64,000 bases of DNA, from the IMG/VR virus record IMGVR_UViG_3300031760_000026; one strand, written 5' to 3'. Both the position numbers and the translations under genes were made by a program. The notes beneath the pieces are model-generated. The model did not search any database. It saw nothing but the letters and a program-made list of their open reading frames with translations, and was not told the origin of the DNA. Of the stretch, positions 63,768 to 64,000 are shown in pieces (the stretch's first letter is position 1; the number at the start of each line of letters is the position of its first letter). Source of the DNA: a virus. Its lineage: Duplodnaviria; Heunggongvirae; Uroviricota; Caudoviricetes.

Positions 63768-64000
63768 GTATTGCTGCCAGGAGCCAGCTTTTCGGATGTT
63801 AGCTTGATGCTGCACCCAAGCTCCGCCTCTCCTGACATAAATAGAATAAAGATGCCAAGCGCCTGCCTTCATCATATGAATTGTGGCCATGGCTTTTGCT
63901 GCGATGCTAATTATAAGATTCTTTCCACTAACTGTGCTTGTTCCGCTTGCTGGATCAAGTTTATGCCCAGCTTTAGCGATAGCTGTCCAAGTAACTTTGT
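63768..64000 (-). CDS. 3' end of a further minus-strand structural gene (partial; runs off the window)
   Basis: A minus-strand frame stays open from the window edge to a stop near 63768, with coding-like composition. Not in the ORF track because no start lies inside the window. Confidence 0.25.

Noticed and set aside
1-64000. crAss-like phage of Bacteroides
   Set aside because: The large replicase, the RNAP-like protein and the strand bias suggested it, but strong Shine-Dalgarno sites, TATAAT -10 elements and Firmicutes-style tail-fibre N-termini argue against a Bacteroidota host. This is left as an open question in the findings.

Overview
This window looks like a contiguous piece of a large temperate, tailed dsDNA phage or excised prophage. 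GC content is low, and almost every gene is on the minus strand with strong AGGAG(G) Shine-Dalgarno sites, which suggests a Firmicutes-type host. The only substantial plus-strand gene is a tyrosine integrase, followed by a tRNA-3'-end-like att core. From low to high coordinates (transcription runs right to left), the modules are as follows. (i) An 11-copy, 59-bp tandem repeat array abuts a 915-aa protein that carries the RNA polymerase beta-prime catalytic loop (ADFDGD) plus HTH domains. (ii) A replication block holds two PD-(D/E)xK nucleases, an SF2 helicase, an SSB-like protein and a 1331-aa fusion of SF3 helicase, AEP primase, 3'-5' exonuclease and family B DNA polymerase, preceded by a cluster of GTGTCACA palindromes. 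(iii) Next come membrane proteins of unknown function, a guanylate-kinase-like protein and several P-loop NTPases. (iv) An Ro60-like (TROVE+vWA) Rsr gene sits next to at least four tRNA-like, permuted-order ncRNAs that look like bacterial Y RNAs, sharing a GAAGUAAC hairpin motif. (v) After that come an SPFH protein, a sigma-70-family factor and many small genes. (vi) A moron-like array of small single-gene units, each with its own terminator and TATAAT promoter, includes three paralogs with one N-terminal ~25-50 aa module and unrelated C-termini. One has a Cys-His-Asp protease-like domain and is followed by a possible immunity gene. (vii) The lysogeny module (HTH regulator, integrase, attP) is followed by five minus-strand tRNAs (Met, Gln, Gly, Leu, Pro) and a 330-bp ORF-free gap. 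(viii) The lysis and tail region holds a CHAP+2xLysM endolysin, a metallophosphoesterase, several Thr/Ser-rich tail-fibre proteins (one with ~85-aa tandem repeats) and holin-like small membrane proteins. All calls rest on motifs read directly from the ORF translations and sequence; no database search was possible.
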